Assembly: GCA_036824055.1 (NCBI GenBank)
Contig: DAITAW010000004.1
Span: forward strand, 2,114 to 66,113
DNA from: Gaiellaceae bacterium
GTDB lineage: Bacteria > Actinomycetota > Thermoleophilia > Gaiellales > Gaiellaceae
Reading direction: 5' to 3'
Length of the DNA: 64,000 nucleotides
A program made the position numbers and the translations under genes. Below the pieces are notes generated by a model that worked only from the letters and a program-made list of their open reading frames with translations, did no database searches and had not been told where the DNA came from. Of the stretch, positions 35,114 to 44,358 are shown piece by piece. Position 1 is the stretch's first letter; each line of letters starts with the position of its first letter.

Positions 35114-35126
35114 TTGTCCATGACAA
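35114..35126. promoter_or_regulatory. Palindrome TTGTC-CAT-GACAA in the MarR/MFS divergent intergenic region (candidate MarR operator)
   Basis: A perfect 5-3-5 inverted repeat read from the sequence, adjacent to the AT-rich TATAAAA at 35107-35113. Confidence 0.35.
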
Positions 35127-35145
35127 CGATTTTGGAGGTCAATTA

Positions 35146-36621
35146 GTGAAAATCTTCACGAAGAGCGAGAGGCGCTGGAGCGCCCTGGCTCTCATCGTCA
35201 CTGCACAGTTCATGGTCGTTCTCGACGTCGCCATCGTGAACGTTGCCTTGCCGTCGATCAAGACGGATCTCAATTTTTCCCAGGCGAACCTCCAGTGGGT
35301 GATCTCTGCGTATGCGATCCTGTTCGGCGGGGCGTTGCTCCTCGGCGGGAGGCTGGCGGACCTGCTCGGCCGCCGGAGGCTGTTCGTCGCCGGTCTCGGC
35401 CTCTTCACTGCAAGCTCGCTGCTCTGCGGTCTCGCCTGGTCGGAGACTTCCCTGATCGGGTTCCGTGCGCTCCAGGGGCTCGGTGGAGCGATGCTCGCCC
35501 CGGCCGCGCTCTCGCTGCTGATGACGACGTTCGCCGAGGGCCGTGAACGCAATCTCGCGCTCGGCATCTACGGTGCCGCCTCGGGGAGTGGCGCGGCTGC
35601 GGGTGTCCTGCTCGGCGGCTTGCTCACGTCCTACTTGAGCTGGGCTTGGGTCTTCTTCATCAACGTTCCCGTCGGCGTCGCGGCAATCGCGCTCACGCCC
35701 CTGCTGCTGAAGGAGAGCCGAGCCGAACTGGCGCATCGTCACTTCGACTTCCCCGGCGCGGCATCGATCACCGCAGGCCTGATGTTGCTCGTCTACGCGA
35801 TGACGCGCGCAACGACCGACGGCTGGGGCGCGGGTACGACAATCGCGCTTCTTGGGGGTGCCGTCGCCCTCGTGCTGGCGTTTGTTGGAATCGAGCTGCG
35901 CTCGCCGTCACCGCTGCTGCCCCTGCGGATCTTCCGCGTGCGCTCGCTCACGGGGGCGAACGTGGCGATGGCGATCGTCGGCTCCGTTGCGTTCTCCGAG
36001 TTCTTCCTGTTGACGCTCTACCTCCAGGACGTCTTGCACTACTCCGCGATGCAGAGCGGCGTCGCGTTCGTCGCCTTCGCGGGCACGGTCGTCGTGACAT
36101 CGAACGTCGCCCAGGTCATCGTGGGGCGCTTCGGCGTGCGGCCGACGCTGACCGCCGGACTGCTCGCGTCTGCCGTGTCGGTTGGCGCGCTCACCCGCCT
36201 TCCGGTTGATGGGCACTACTTCTGGGATCTCTTTCCCTGGTTCGTCCTCGGCGGTGCCGGGATGGGCCTCTCATTCGTCCCCGTCACGATCGCAAGCCTC
36301 ACCGGCGTGGGCCGCTCGGATGCCGGCGTGGCTTCGGGACTGATCAACACGAGCCGTCAGATCGGCGGCGCGATCGGCCTCGCCGCGGTGAGCGCGATCG
36401 CCGCCACCTCGGCGAGCAACTATGCGCACGCTCACTCCGGGGTCACCGCCTCGAGCGGCGTGGCGCTCGACCACGGCTTCCAGACGGCTCTCTACGTTCT
36501 CACAGGCTTGCTCGTCGTCGGCGCGCTGGTTGCCGTCGGCCTCGTCAGGTCAGCTCCCGCCCCGAGGGCCGAGGCCCAGTTCGCGGACGGCGAGGTGGTC
36601 GCGTTCGAGGAAGCCGCCTGA
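35146..36621 (+). CDS. MFS transporter, DHA2 (EmrB/QacA-like, 14-TM) drug:H+ antiporter family
   Basis: VLDVAIVNVALPSI, GGRLADLLGRRR and about 14 hydrophobic segments. GTG at 35146 lies 8 nt after GGAGG. Confidence 0.85.
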   Translation: MKIFTKSERRWSALALIVTAQFMVVLDVAIVNVALPSIKTDLNFSQANLQWVISAYAILFGGALLLGGRLADLLGRRRLFVAGLGLFTASSLLCGLAWSETSLIGFRALQGLGGAMLAPAALSLLMTTFAEGRERNLALGIYGAASGSGAAAGVLLGGLLTSYLSWAWVFFINVPVGVAAIALTPLLLKESRAELAHRHFDFPGAASITAGLMLLVYAMTRATTDGWGAGTTIALLGGAVALVLAFVGIELRSPSPLLPLRIFRVRSLTGANVAMAIVGSVAFSEFFLLTLYLQDVLHYSAMQSGVAFVAFAGTVVVTSNVAQVIVGRFGVRPTLTAGLLASAVSVGALTRLPVDGHYFWDLFPWFVLGGAGMGLSFVPVTIASLTGVGRSDAGVASGLINTSRQIGGAIGLAAVSAIAATSASNYAHAHSGVTASSGVALDHGFQTALYVLTGLLVVGALVAVGLVRSAPAPRAEAQFADGEVVAFEEAA

Positions 36622-36828
36622 TGGCCGCCGAAGACAGATTGGGTGACGGCTTTCGCAAGCTCGACGACCTCGTCCTGCACCTGAAGGGCCTGGTTCTGGT
36701 TCGCGGGCTCCGCGAACAGGGCGGTGCCGACGAGGGCGAGCTCCTCATGTACGGCGCGGAGATCGATCGCGTGCGCGGCCAGCTTGCAACGTTTGCGAGG
36801 AACGGGGCCTGAGCCGGGCCCTGACGTC

Positions 36829-37824
36829 CTACGCGCGTTGAAGCGTCGACGTGACGGCCAGCTGCCCGCAAGCGGCCTGGATGTCGCGCCCGCGCGTGAG
36901 TCTCACGGTCGACAGCAGCCGTGCACGATCGAGCGTCGCCTTGAAGGCCGCGATCGCCTTCGACGAGGAGCCGTCATAGATCCCGGTCGGGTTGTACGGG
37001 ATCAGATTGACCTTGAAGACCTTCGGGTCGAGCAGTGCCGCGAGCGCGCGGGCCTGCTCGACCCGATCGTTGACGCCACGCAGCATCACGTATTCGACGA
37101 AGACCTTCCGCCGGTGCGCCGCGAAGTAACGGCTGCACTCCGAGATCACAGCTGCAAGCGGGTAGCGGTCGTTCACTGGCATGAGCTCGCTGCGGAGCTC
37201 CTCGGTCGGGGCGTGCAACGAGAACGCCAGCCTGATCGGCTCTTCGACCTCGTCGACGAACCGGCGGAGGCCGGGCAGCCAGCCGACCGTGGAGATCGTC
37301 GTCCGTCGCCAGGTGATTCCGACATCCGGCAGCGCCCGCGCGGCTTCGAGCACCGAGTCGAGGTTCAGCATCGGCTCGCCCATGCCCATGAAGACCGCGT
37401 GGTCGATCGGCTCGATCCGTCGGAAGTGCAGCGCCTGGTCGAGGATCTCGGATGCGGTGAGATTCCGCCCGAAGCGCATCTGTCCGGTCGCGCAGAAGGC
37501 GCACGTGAGCGGGCAGCCGGACTGGGACGACAGGCAGACGGAGCGCCGGCCGTCGCGATAGCGCATCAGGACGGCCTCGACGGGATGGCCCTCCCCGGTG
37601 CGAAACAGGGCCTTGACCGTGCCGTCGCTTGCCTTCGCTTCGTGCACCAGTTCGAGGCTCGAGAACGGCACCTCCTGCGCGAGCTGCGCGCGTAGCGGGC
37701 CGGGGATGTTCGTCATCTCTTCGTAGCCGGCAGCGCCGCGAGCGGCCCAGTCCCAGACTTGGCCGGCACGGTACGCCGCCTCGCCGCGCTCGCTCAGACG
37801 CTGTTGCAACAAGGCACGATCCAT
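36829..37824 (-). CDS. rlmN: 23S rRNA/tRNA (adenine-C2)-methyltransferase, radical SAM
   Basis: CPLTCAFCATG radical-SAM cluster motif, MGMGEPMLN and a C-terminal Cys in AACGQL. Start taken at MDRALLQQRL (37824). The ORF is open to 37854. Confidence 0.9.
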   Translation of the reverse strand: MDRALLQQRLSERGEAAYRAGQVWDWAARGAAGYEEMTNIPGPLRAQLAQEVPFSSLELVHEAKASDGTVKALFRTGEGHPVEAVLMRYRDGRRSVCLSSQSGCPLTCAFCATGQMRFGRNLTASEILDQALHFRRIEPIDHAVFMGMGEPMLNLDSVLEAARALPDVGITWRRTTISTVGWLPGLRRFVDEVEEPIRLAFSLHAPTEELRSELMPVNDRYPLAAVISECSRYFAAHRRKVFVEYVMLRGVNDRVEQARALAALLDPKVFKVNLIPYNPTGIYDGSSSKAIAAFKATLDRARLLSTVRLTRGRDIQAACGQLAVTSTLQRA

Positions 37825-37846
37825 TGCGCCCAGGGTAGCTTTGCCC

Positions 37847-39280
37847 ATGGCCACGCCCCCGCAGCCCTGGTGGTCAGGGGGCGTTGTGTATCAGGCGTAT
37901 CCGCGTTCGTTCGCAGACTCGAACGGCGACGGCATCGGCGACCTTCCCGGTCTGCGCGAGCGGCTGGAGTACCTGCACTGGCTCGGCGTCGACGGCGTCT
38001 GGCTCAATCCGACCTTCCCGTCGCCCAACCGCGACTGGGGTTACGACGTTTCGGACTACTGCGACGTCCACCCCCACTTCGGCACGCTCGACGATCTCGA
38101 TGCACTGATCGCGGCCGCGGCCGAGCTCGGGATCCGCATCCTGCTCGACCTCGTCCCAGCCCACACGAGCGATCGGCACGCGTGGTTCGGCGACTCGCGC
38201 TCGTCGAGGGAGTCTCCTCGCCGTTCCTGGTACATCTGGCGTGACGAAGCCGACGAGCAGGAGAGCGTCTTCGGCGGCAAGGCGTGGACGTACGACGAGC
38301 GGACGGGCCAGTACTACCACCACCTCTTCCTGCCCGAGCAGCCGGACCTCAACTGGATGCATCCGGACGTGCGCGACGCCTTCGACGAGATCCTGCGCTT
38401 CTGGTTCGAGCGTGGCATAGCCGGCTTTCGGATCGACGTCGTGCACGAGCTCGTCAAGGATCCGCCGAGCCGGGCAAATCGCGCCGAGATCCACGATGTG
38501 CTCCGGCGTTGGCGTTCACTGGCGGGCGGCTATGACCCCCAGCGCCTGCTCGTAGGGGAGACGTGGGTCATGGAGCTCGAGGAGTTGGCGAGGTTTTACG
38601 GAAGCAACGACGAGCTGCAGCTCGCCTTCAACTTTCCGTTCATGTTCGCCGGCCTCGATGCGTCGGCACTCGAGAACGTGGTCGCGCGCACGGAAGCCGT
38701 CCTTCCCGCAGGCGCTCTGCCCGTGTGGGCGCTGTCGAATCACGATGTCGTCAGGTTCCCGACGCGAATGTGCGACGAGGACGATGCAAAGGTCCGCGTG
38801 GCGCTCCTCATCCTCCTGACTTTGCGCGGGACCTCGTTCCTCTACTACGGAGACGAGCTCGGCATGCGGCAGGTCGACATTCCGGCGGATCGGGTGCGCG
38901 ACGTGCACGATCGCGACGGGGCGCGGACGCCGCTCCCGTGGGGCGACGCCGACTGGCGCGACCCGTGGCTCCCGCTTGGCGCGAATGTCGCGACGGTTGC
39001 GGAGCAGCGGGCCGATCCCGGATCAGTCCTGAGCTTCTGCCGTGAAGCGATCGCTCTTCGACATGGCCGGGAGGAGTTGGTCTCGGGCGGGTACACGCCG
39101 ATCGCGAGCCCGCCGGGAGTCTGGGCGTGGCGGCGCGGAAGCGACACCGCTATTGCGCTGAACCTGACCGGCTCGGACGCGACCGTGCCGCTCACGGGAC
39201 AGGTCCTCCTCTCGACGAAGGGCCGCGACGACCCTGCGCGCCTCGAGCCGTGGGAAGGTGTGGTCGTCGCGCTCAGTTAG
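37847..39280 (+). CDS. GH13 alpha-glucosidase / oligo-1,6-glucosidase-like enzyme
   Basis: VVYQAYPRSFADSNGDGIGDL, GVDGVWLNP, nucleophile context GFRIDVVHEL, GETW and SNHD motifs. Confidence 0.85.
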   Translation: MATPPQPWWSGGVVYQAYPRSFADSNGDGIGDLPGLRERLEYLHWLGVDGVWLNPTFPSPNRDWGYDVSDYCDVHPHFGTLDDLDALIAAAAELGIRILLDLVPAHTSDRHAWFGDSRSSRESPRRSWYIWRDEADEQESVFGGKAWTYDERTGQYYHHLFLPEQPDLNWMHPDVRDAFDEILRFWFERGIAGFRIDVVHELVKDPPSRANRAEIHDVLRRWRSLAGGYDPQRLLVGETWVMELEELARFYGSNDELQLAFNFPFMFAGLDASALENVVARTEAVLPAGALPVWALSNHDVVRFPTRMCDEDDAKVRVALLILLTLRGTSFLYYGDELGMRQVDIPADRVRDVHDRDGARTPLPWGDADWRDPWLPLGANVATVAEQRADPGSVLSFCREAIALRHGREELVSGGYTPIASPPGVWAWRRGSDTAIALNLTGSDATVPLTGQVLLSTKGRDDPARLEPWEGVVVALS

Positions 39281-39827
39281 CGCAGGAAGGCGTGTAACGC
39301 CAGGCTTCCTGGATCGCAGAGCGCTCGCCGACCACGAGGTCGACGCCACGCCCGAGCACGCGTTCGAGGACCTCCACGTCGACGTCTGCGGGGTCCCCGA
39401 CGGCAACTTCGATGCGTCCCGAGTTGAGAAAACGCACCGGGACGGCGAACATCCGACGGGCAACCTCGAGCGGCAGGAGCCGCGCCGCCGACGGGTCGAG
39501 CGGGTGGCCGACCAGATCGACGTAGCGCAGGCCGGCCTGCTCCGCCAGCGCTGCAGCAAGCTCCGACTCGAAGAGCCAGCCGCGAGAAAGGAGGGTCTCG
39601 CCGAGGCGCATGCCGCTGACCTTCACCTCTGCGAGCACTTCGTCGAGTCGCTCGTGCGTGATCCAGCCCTTCTGCACGAGGATCGAGCCGAGCATGGGGC
39701 GAACCTCGCGCTCGAAGAAGCTGTGGTCGAGACGAAGCGGAGCCGCGGAGCCCGAGGCCACCCGAAGGCCACCACCGAGATAGCGTTTGTCAGAGGGATT
39801 CATCTGCACACCTTCCGGCCATTTCAT
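39273..39827 (-). CDS. Stand-alone T2SSE_N / MshEN-type domain protein (possible c-di-GMP receptor)
   Basis: Tandem 24-residue motifs MLGSILVQKGWITHERLDEVLAEV and RLGETLLSRGWLFESELAAALAEQ separated by 5 residues (KVSGM), followed by a GspE N-terminal-like fold (LPLEVARRMFAVPV...IEVAVGDP). Confidence 0.6.
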   Translation of the reverse strand: MKWPEGVQMNPSDKRYLGGGLRVASGSAAPLRLDHSFFEREVRPMLGSILVQKGWITHERLDEVLAEVKVSGMRLGETLLSRGWLFESELAAALAEQAGLRYVDLVGHPLDPSAARLLPLEVARRMFAVPVRFLNSGRIEVAVGDPADVDVEVLERVLGRGVDLVVGERSAIQEAWRYTPSCAN

Positions 39828-39904
39828 CGGCTGCGCAGGGGTCGCGGATGATCACCCGCGTAGGTGAGCCGTGGCCTACCGCTTCAAACGGGCAAAATAG
39901 ACGT

Positions 39905-40954
39905 GTGATCGATCTCCGCTCCGACACCTTGACCCAGCCGAGCCCGGCGATGCGCGAGGCGATCGCCAACGCGGCTGTCGGCGACGAGCAGAAGCGCGAG
40001 GACCCGACCGTCAACGAGCTCGAGCGTCGGGGGGCTGAGTTTCTCGGGCAGGAGGAGGCGGTCTTCCTCCCGACCGCGACGATGGCCAACCAGATCGCGC
40101 TGAACATCCTCGGCCGTCCCGGCGACGCCCTCCTCGTGGAGCGGCACGCCCACATCATGCTCTCCGAATTGGGCGGCCCGGCGGCGCACTCGGGCCTGCT
40201 GACGATCGGGCTCGAGGGCACGAAGGGCCGGTTCTCCCCGGACCAGGTCGTGTCGGAGATTCGCGATCGGACGAGCGTGCACGTCGCACCGACACGCGTG
40301 GTCACGATCGAGAACACGCACAACAGCGCTGGAGGCAGTGTCTGGCCGCTCGACGAGGTCGACGCGATCGTCGCGACCTGTCGCGAGCACGAGCTCGCAG
40401 TGCACCTCGACGGCGCGCGGCTCGTCAACGCCGCGGTCGCAACCGGCGTCGACTCGGCCAGGATCGGACGCGGTTTCGACACCGTGACGCTCTGCTTCTC
40501 CAAGGGACTCGGGTGTCCGCTCGGCGCATTGATCGCGGGCTCCGCGGAACTGATGGAGCAGGCGCGCCGCGGCAAGCACTACTTCGGGGGTGCGATGCGC
40601 CAGGCCGGGATCGTCGCGGCGGCGGCCCTCTACGCCCTCGACCATCACGTCGGTCGCATCGCTGACGATCACGCGCGTGCGCGCCGCCTTGCGGAAGGTC
40701 TCGCCGAGGCGGGAGTGGGGGTCGACCTGGAGCAGGTAGAGACGAACTTCGTCCAGATCGACGTCGGTCCCGACCGGGGCCGCGCGATCGAGCGGATCAA
40801 GGAGCGCGGCGTTCTCGTGTCCACGACAGTGCACCCGGCAGTCGTGCGCGCAGTCACGCACCTGGACATCTCCGACGACGACGTCGACGCGGCGATCGAA
40901 GCTCTGTCCGCCGCGCTCGGCGCTACTCGTACTGAAGTGCCTCTAGAACGTTGA
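39905..40954 (+). CDS. ltaE: Low-specificity L-threonine aldolase (beta-eliminating lyase family)
   Basis: IDLRSDTLTQPSPAMREA, DEQKREDPTVNELE, TATMANQIAL and PLP-lysine context CFSKGLGCPLGA. GTG start at 39905 fits family N-termini. Confidence 0.8.
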   Translation: MIDLRSDTLTQPSPAMREAIANAAVGDEQKREDPTVNELERRGAEFLGQEEAVFLPTATMANQIALNILGRPGDALLVERHAHIMLSELGGPAAHSGLLTIGLEGTKGRFSPDQVVSEIRDRTSVHVAPTRVVTIENTHNSAGGSVWPLDEVDAIVATCREHELAVHLDGARLVNAAVATGVDSARIGRGFDTVTLCFSKGLGCPLGALIAGSAELMEQARRGKHYFGGAMRQAGIVAAAALYALDHHVGRIADDHARARRLAEGLAEAGVGVDLEQVETNFVQIDVGPDRGRAIERIKERGVLVSTTVHPAVVRAVTHLDISDDDVDAAIEALSAALGATRTEVPLER

Positions 40955-43481
40955 GCCTGGCGGCGCGGCGCGCCGGGAAGATCGCGGCGATGATGCCGAC
41001 GAAGATCGCCGCAATCCCGAACAGCACGAGCTGCCCGACCGGAATCGACAGCACGATGAAGTTCACCCGGGCGATCAGCAGGGCGGCGAGAATGACGCCG
41101 AGCGCGATGCCGATGACCGCGCCGATCAACGCCGTGATCACGCTCTCGTGCCGAATCATTCGCCGGACCTGTCGTCGCGTCATTCCGATCGCCCGGAGCA
41201 TGCCGATCTCCCGCGTGCGCTCGAAGACGGTCAGAACGAGAGTGTTGACGATGCCGAACAGGCTCACGATCACGGAAAGCGCGAGCAGCACGTAGAGGAT
41301 GTTGAGCACCGAGCTCAGTCCTGAAATCTGATTGTCGATGAACTTCTGGCGCGTTGCCGCTTTCGCGTTCGGGAACGCCTTGAGAGTTTGATCGAGGGCC
41401 GCCCTGTTCGCGTCGGTCTGGCCCCCTTTCATCAGGACGAAGGAGTAGAGGTTCTGCGGCTGGGTCACGAAACGGTCGAACGTCGCGGCAGAAATGGTCA
41501 CGCTTCCGAACGGCGAGCCGCCCGTCGGCGGCGCGAAGATTCCCCGTAGCACGAACGCCTTATGGGCCCCCGTTGCGAAGGTCAGCGGAATTGATGAGCC
41601 AACCTGGAGCTGGTGGTCCTTGGCGTAGCCCTTGTCGACGAACGCACCGTTCGCACCCAGATCAGCGAGGACGGAGCCGGACCCGTGTGTCCAGTCGAGT
41701 TGGAACATCTGACTCGCGGCTGGATTGACAGCCGTGAGCGTGCTCGTGTGGTTGAACGCACGAGCCTGGCCTGCGCGCACATCACCGACCGCGGTAACGC
41801 CCGGCGTCTTCGAGACGGCTTCCGCCACCGCGATTGGAATCGGCGAGAAGTTGTTCTGAGCGGTGATTGCGTAGTCGGCGTTCTTCCAGATCTTGTGGAC
41901 GGAGCTCCTGAAGCTCGTGATGATCCCTGCTGCAAGCATCGACACGAGCGTCACGAGAGCAAGCCCGATCATCAGCGCGGATGCAGTCGATGCGGTTCGC
42001 TGCGGATTTCGCTGCGCATTCTCGCGGGCGAGCGTGCCTGCGGTCCCACCGATCCTCGTCGCCGGCCAGCCAAGCAAGGTCGCGAGCGGAGTTACGAGCC
42101 TTACTGACAGCAGGGCGATGCCGAAGAACACCAGCAGTGCGCCGCCGAGCATGAAGACGAGGACGCCGGCCGTCCCGAGGGCGGGCGCAAACAGGCCCCA
42201 GAGCAGCCCGCCGAAGCCGAGCGCTGTCAGCAACGCGGATGCCGGAAGCCTGAAGCGGGCGAACCGCGACTCCGGCAACGTGGCGCCTTCCCGCACGGCC
42301 GCGATCGGTGGAACGCGCGTTGCCCGCAGCGCCGGCCGGAGGCTTGCGAGGAGCGTGACGACGATGCCGACGGCGAGCGAGACGACAACCGTCCGGGTCT
42401 CGAAAGTCAGTCCGTTGTTCGGGAGCGTGAATCCGACCGCGTTGAACAGCGCGAACAGCCCTTTGGCGAGGGCGAGCCCGGCGAAGAGCCCGATCACTGC
42501 CGCGAGAATTCCGATCGCCAGCGCCTCGATGATGATCGAACGGAGGAGCTGACGACGGGAGGCGCCGAGAGTCCTGAGGGTCGCTAGCTCACGCGTCCGC
42601 TGCGCGATCGTGATCGAGAGCGAGTTCGCGATCACGAAACTGCCGACGAAGAGAGCGACGCCACCGAAGCCGAGCAGGAACTTTTGCAGGAAGGAGATGA
42701 ACGAATTCGTGTCCTTGCTGTCCTGGTGTGCCTGCGCTGCACCGGTCCGCACCTGCGTATCGGCCGGGAGGATGCCCTGGATCTGCTGCAGCAATTGGTC
42801 GATGGAAACGTTGGGCTTGGCTGCGATCGCAATCTCGTCGAGCTTCCCGGGTTTGCCGAAGAGTCGCTGTGCGGTTGGGAGGTCGAAGCCTGCCAGTGTC
42901 GCGCCGCCGATCGTCGCGACCGAGCCGAACTTCACGATCCCGGACACCCGCAGCCGCTGAACCGGGCCGATGGCCTGCACGCCGACGATCTGACCGATCC
43001 GGAAGTGGTCTTTGCTCGCAGTCGACTTGTCGATCACGACCTCGTTGCTCTTCGGCCACGACCCGCTGACGAGCGTCAAAGGATTGAAGGGGGACTCGCC
43101 CCGCGCGATGCTGAACCCCAGGTTGGGGGCTCCGCCGCGGACGATCGCCTTGCCATCCTTGCCGATCAGCTGAGCCTCACCGTTGACACTGCCGTCGGCA
43201 ACGCCGACGTCGGGAAGGCTGCGGACACGCTCGAGCAGCGATTCGTCGAACGCCGGGGCCGTGACGCCGGTCCCATTCCCGACGGTGAAAGCGGCCTTCC
43301 CGCTGATGACAGCGTCCGAGCCCTTGCGGCTCTCGTTGAAGATCGACCCGAAGGCCTTGTCGATCGAGTCGGTGAGAACGTACGTGCCGCTCACGGTCGC
43401 GACCCCGAGGACGATCGCGAAGGCTGACAGGACTGTGCGCAGCTTGCGGCCGAGAAGTGCTTTGAGAGCGAAACGGGTCAC
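40923..43481 (-). CDS. ABC transporter permease, MacB/FtsX-like with two FtsX modules (852 aa)
   Basis: N-terminal FALKALLGRKLRTVLSAFAIVLGVA, large periplasmic-type domains and duplicated FtsX 4-TM modules (REIGMLRAIGMTRRQV, RELATLRTLGASRRQL). Confidence 0.85.
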   Translation of the reverse strand: MTRFALKALLGRKLRTVLSAFAIVLGVATVSGTYVLTDSIDKAFGSIFNESRKGSDAVISGKAAFTVGNGTGVTAPAFDESLLERVRSLPDVGVADGSVNGEAQLIGKDGKAIVRGGAPNLGFSIARGESPFNPLTLVSGSWPKSNEVVIDKSTASKDHFRIGQIVGVQAIGPVQRLRVSGIVKFGSVATIGGATLAGFDLPTAQRLFGKPGKLDEIAIAAKPNVSIDQLLQQIQGILPADTQVRTGAAQAHQDSKDTNSFISFLQKFLLGFGGVALFVGSFVIANSLSITIAQRTRELATLRTLGASRRQLLRSIIIEALAIGILAAVIGLFAGLALAKGLFALFNAVGFTLPNNGLTFETRTVVVSLAVGIVVTLLASLRPALRATRVPPIAAVREGATLPESRFARFRLPASALLTALGFGGLLWGLFAPALGTAGVLVFMLGGALLVFFGIALLSVRLVTPLATLLGWPATRIGGTAGTLARENAQRNPQRTASTASALMIGLALVTLVSMLAAGIITSFRSSVHKIWKNADYAITAQNNFSPIPIAVAEAVSKTPGVTAVGDVRAGQARAFNHTSTLTAVNPAASQMFQLDWTHGSGSVLADLGANGAFVDKGYAKDHQLQVGSSIPLTFATGAHKAFVLRGIFAPPTGGSPFGSVTISAATFDRFVTQPQNLYSFVLMKGGQTDANRAALDQTLKAFPNAKAATRQKFIDNQISGLSSVLNILYVLLALSVIVSLFGIVNTLVLTVFERTREIGMLRAIGMTRRQVRRMIRHESVITALIGAVIGIALGVILAALLIARVNFIVLSIPVGQLVLFGIAAIFVGIIAAIFPARRAARLNVLEALQYE

Positions 43482-44257
43482 GCGCTGTCTAGCTGTTCCA
43501 TCTCACTGACGATCTCGTGCGCGGAAAGGCCTTTCGACTCGCGAACGATGAGCCCGTCGGCGAGGAACAACACGCGATCGGCGATCGTCGCGGCTCGCGC
43601 CTCGTGCGTCACCATCACGATCGTCTGCTCGAGCTCCTGGACGGAACGGTTGAGAACTTCGAGAATCTCCCCGCTCGTTTTCGAGTCGAGGTTGCCCGTT
43701 GGCTCGTCGGCAAAGACAATCGTCGGCCTGCTGATGAGAGCCCGGCCGATTGCCACGCGCTGTTGCTGACCGCCGGAGAGCTCGGACGGGCGATGGGTGC
43801 GGCGGTTGGTAAGACCCATTCGATCGATCAGCTGGTCGACCCATCCTGGATCCGGGTTCACACCCGCGATGGAGAGCGGCAGCAGGATGTTCTCCTCCGC
43901 AGTCAGCATCGGAAGCAGGTTGAAGAACTGGAAGATGAAACCGATGTTTCGGCGGCGCAGCTTCGTCAGGTCCGAGTCGCTGAGCTTCGAGATCGCGGTG
44001 CCGGCGATCGTTACCTCCCCCGAGGTGGGTTTGTCGAGGCCGGCCAGGATGTGCATCAGGGTCGACTTCCCCGACCCGGAGGGGCCCATGACGGCGGTGA
44101 GCTGGCCCTTCGGGACATCGAGCGAGACGCCGCGCAAGGCGTCGACCGCGGTGTCTCCTTCGCCGTAGCGGCGGGTCAGGTCCGTGGCAGAGAGCACGAA
44201 TCCCGTGGAGGGGGAATCGACCGTCTCCGCGGACTGCGCTGCCAGTGGGTTGCTCAT
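43478..44257 (-). CDS. ABC transporter ATP-binding protein (MacB/LolD-like)
   Basis: Walker A GPSGSGKST, signature LSGGQQQRVAIGRAL and Walker B IVFADEPTGNLD. ATG at 44257 follows GGAGGACAG. The stop overlaps the permease start. Confidence 0.9.
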   Translation of the reverse strand: MSNPLAAQSAETVDSPSTGFVLSATDLTRRYGEGDTAVDALRGVSLDVPKGQLTAVMGPSGSGKSTLMHILAGLDKPTSGEVTIAGTAISKLSDSDLTKLRRRNIGFIFQFFNLLPMLTAEENILLPLSIAGVNPDPGWVDQLIDRMGLTNRRTHRPSELSGGQQQRVAIGRALISRPTIVFADEPTGNLDSKTSGEILEVLNRSVQELEQTIVMVTHEARAATIADRVLFLADGLIVRESKGLSAHEIVSEMEQLDSA

Positions 44258-44358
44258 CTGTCCTCCATCGCGTCGGGGCAAGTGTTCACGGTATCGCCAG
44301 CGCTCACCAGGCGGGCCACAGGCTAACGGTGGTGCGGTTGACCGCACAAGGCTGGCCT

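Noticed and set aside
36621-36812. 63-aa ORF overlapping the MFS stop codon by 1 nt
   Set aside because: The composition is plausible, but there is no motif and no SD. It is convergent with the rlmN 3' end. The evidence is too weak to annotate.
36724-37695. 323-aa plus-strand ORF opposite rlmN
   Set aside because: It is antisense to rlmN, which carries the CxxxCxxC radical-SAM motif, and has no motifs of its own.
39790-40861. Minus-strand ORFs opposite the threonine aldolase gene
   Set aside because: They are shadow ORFs. The plus-strand frame has the PLP-lysine and family N-terminal motifs.
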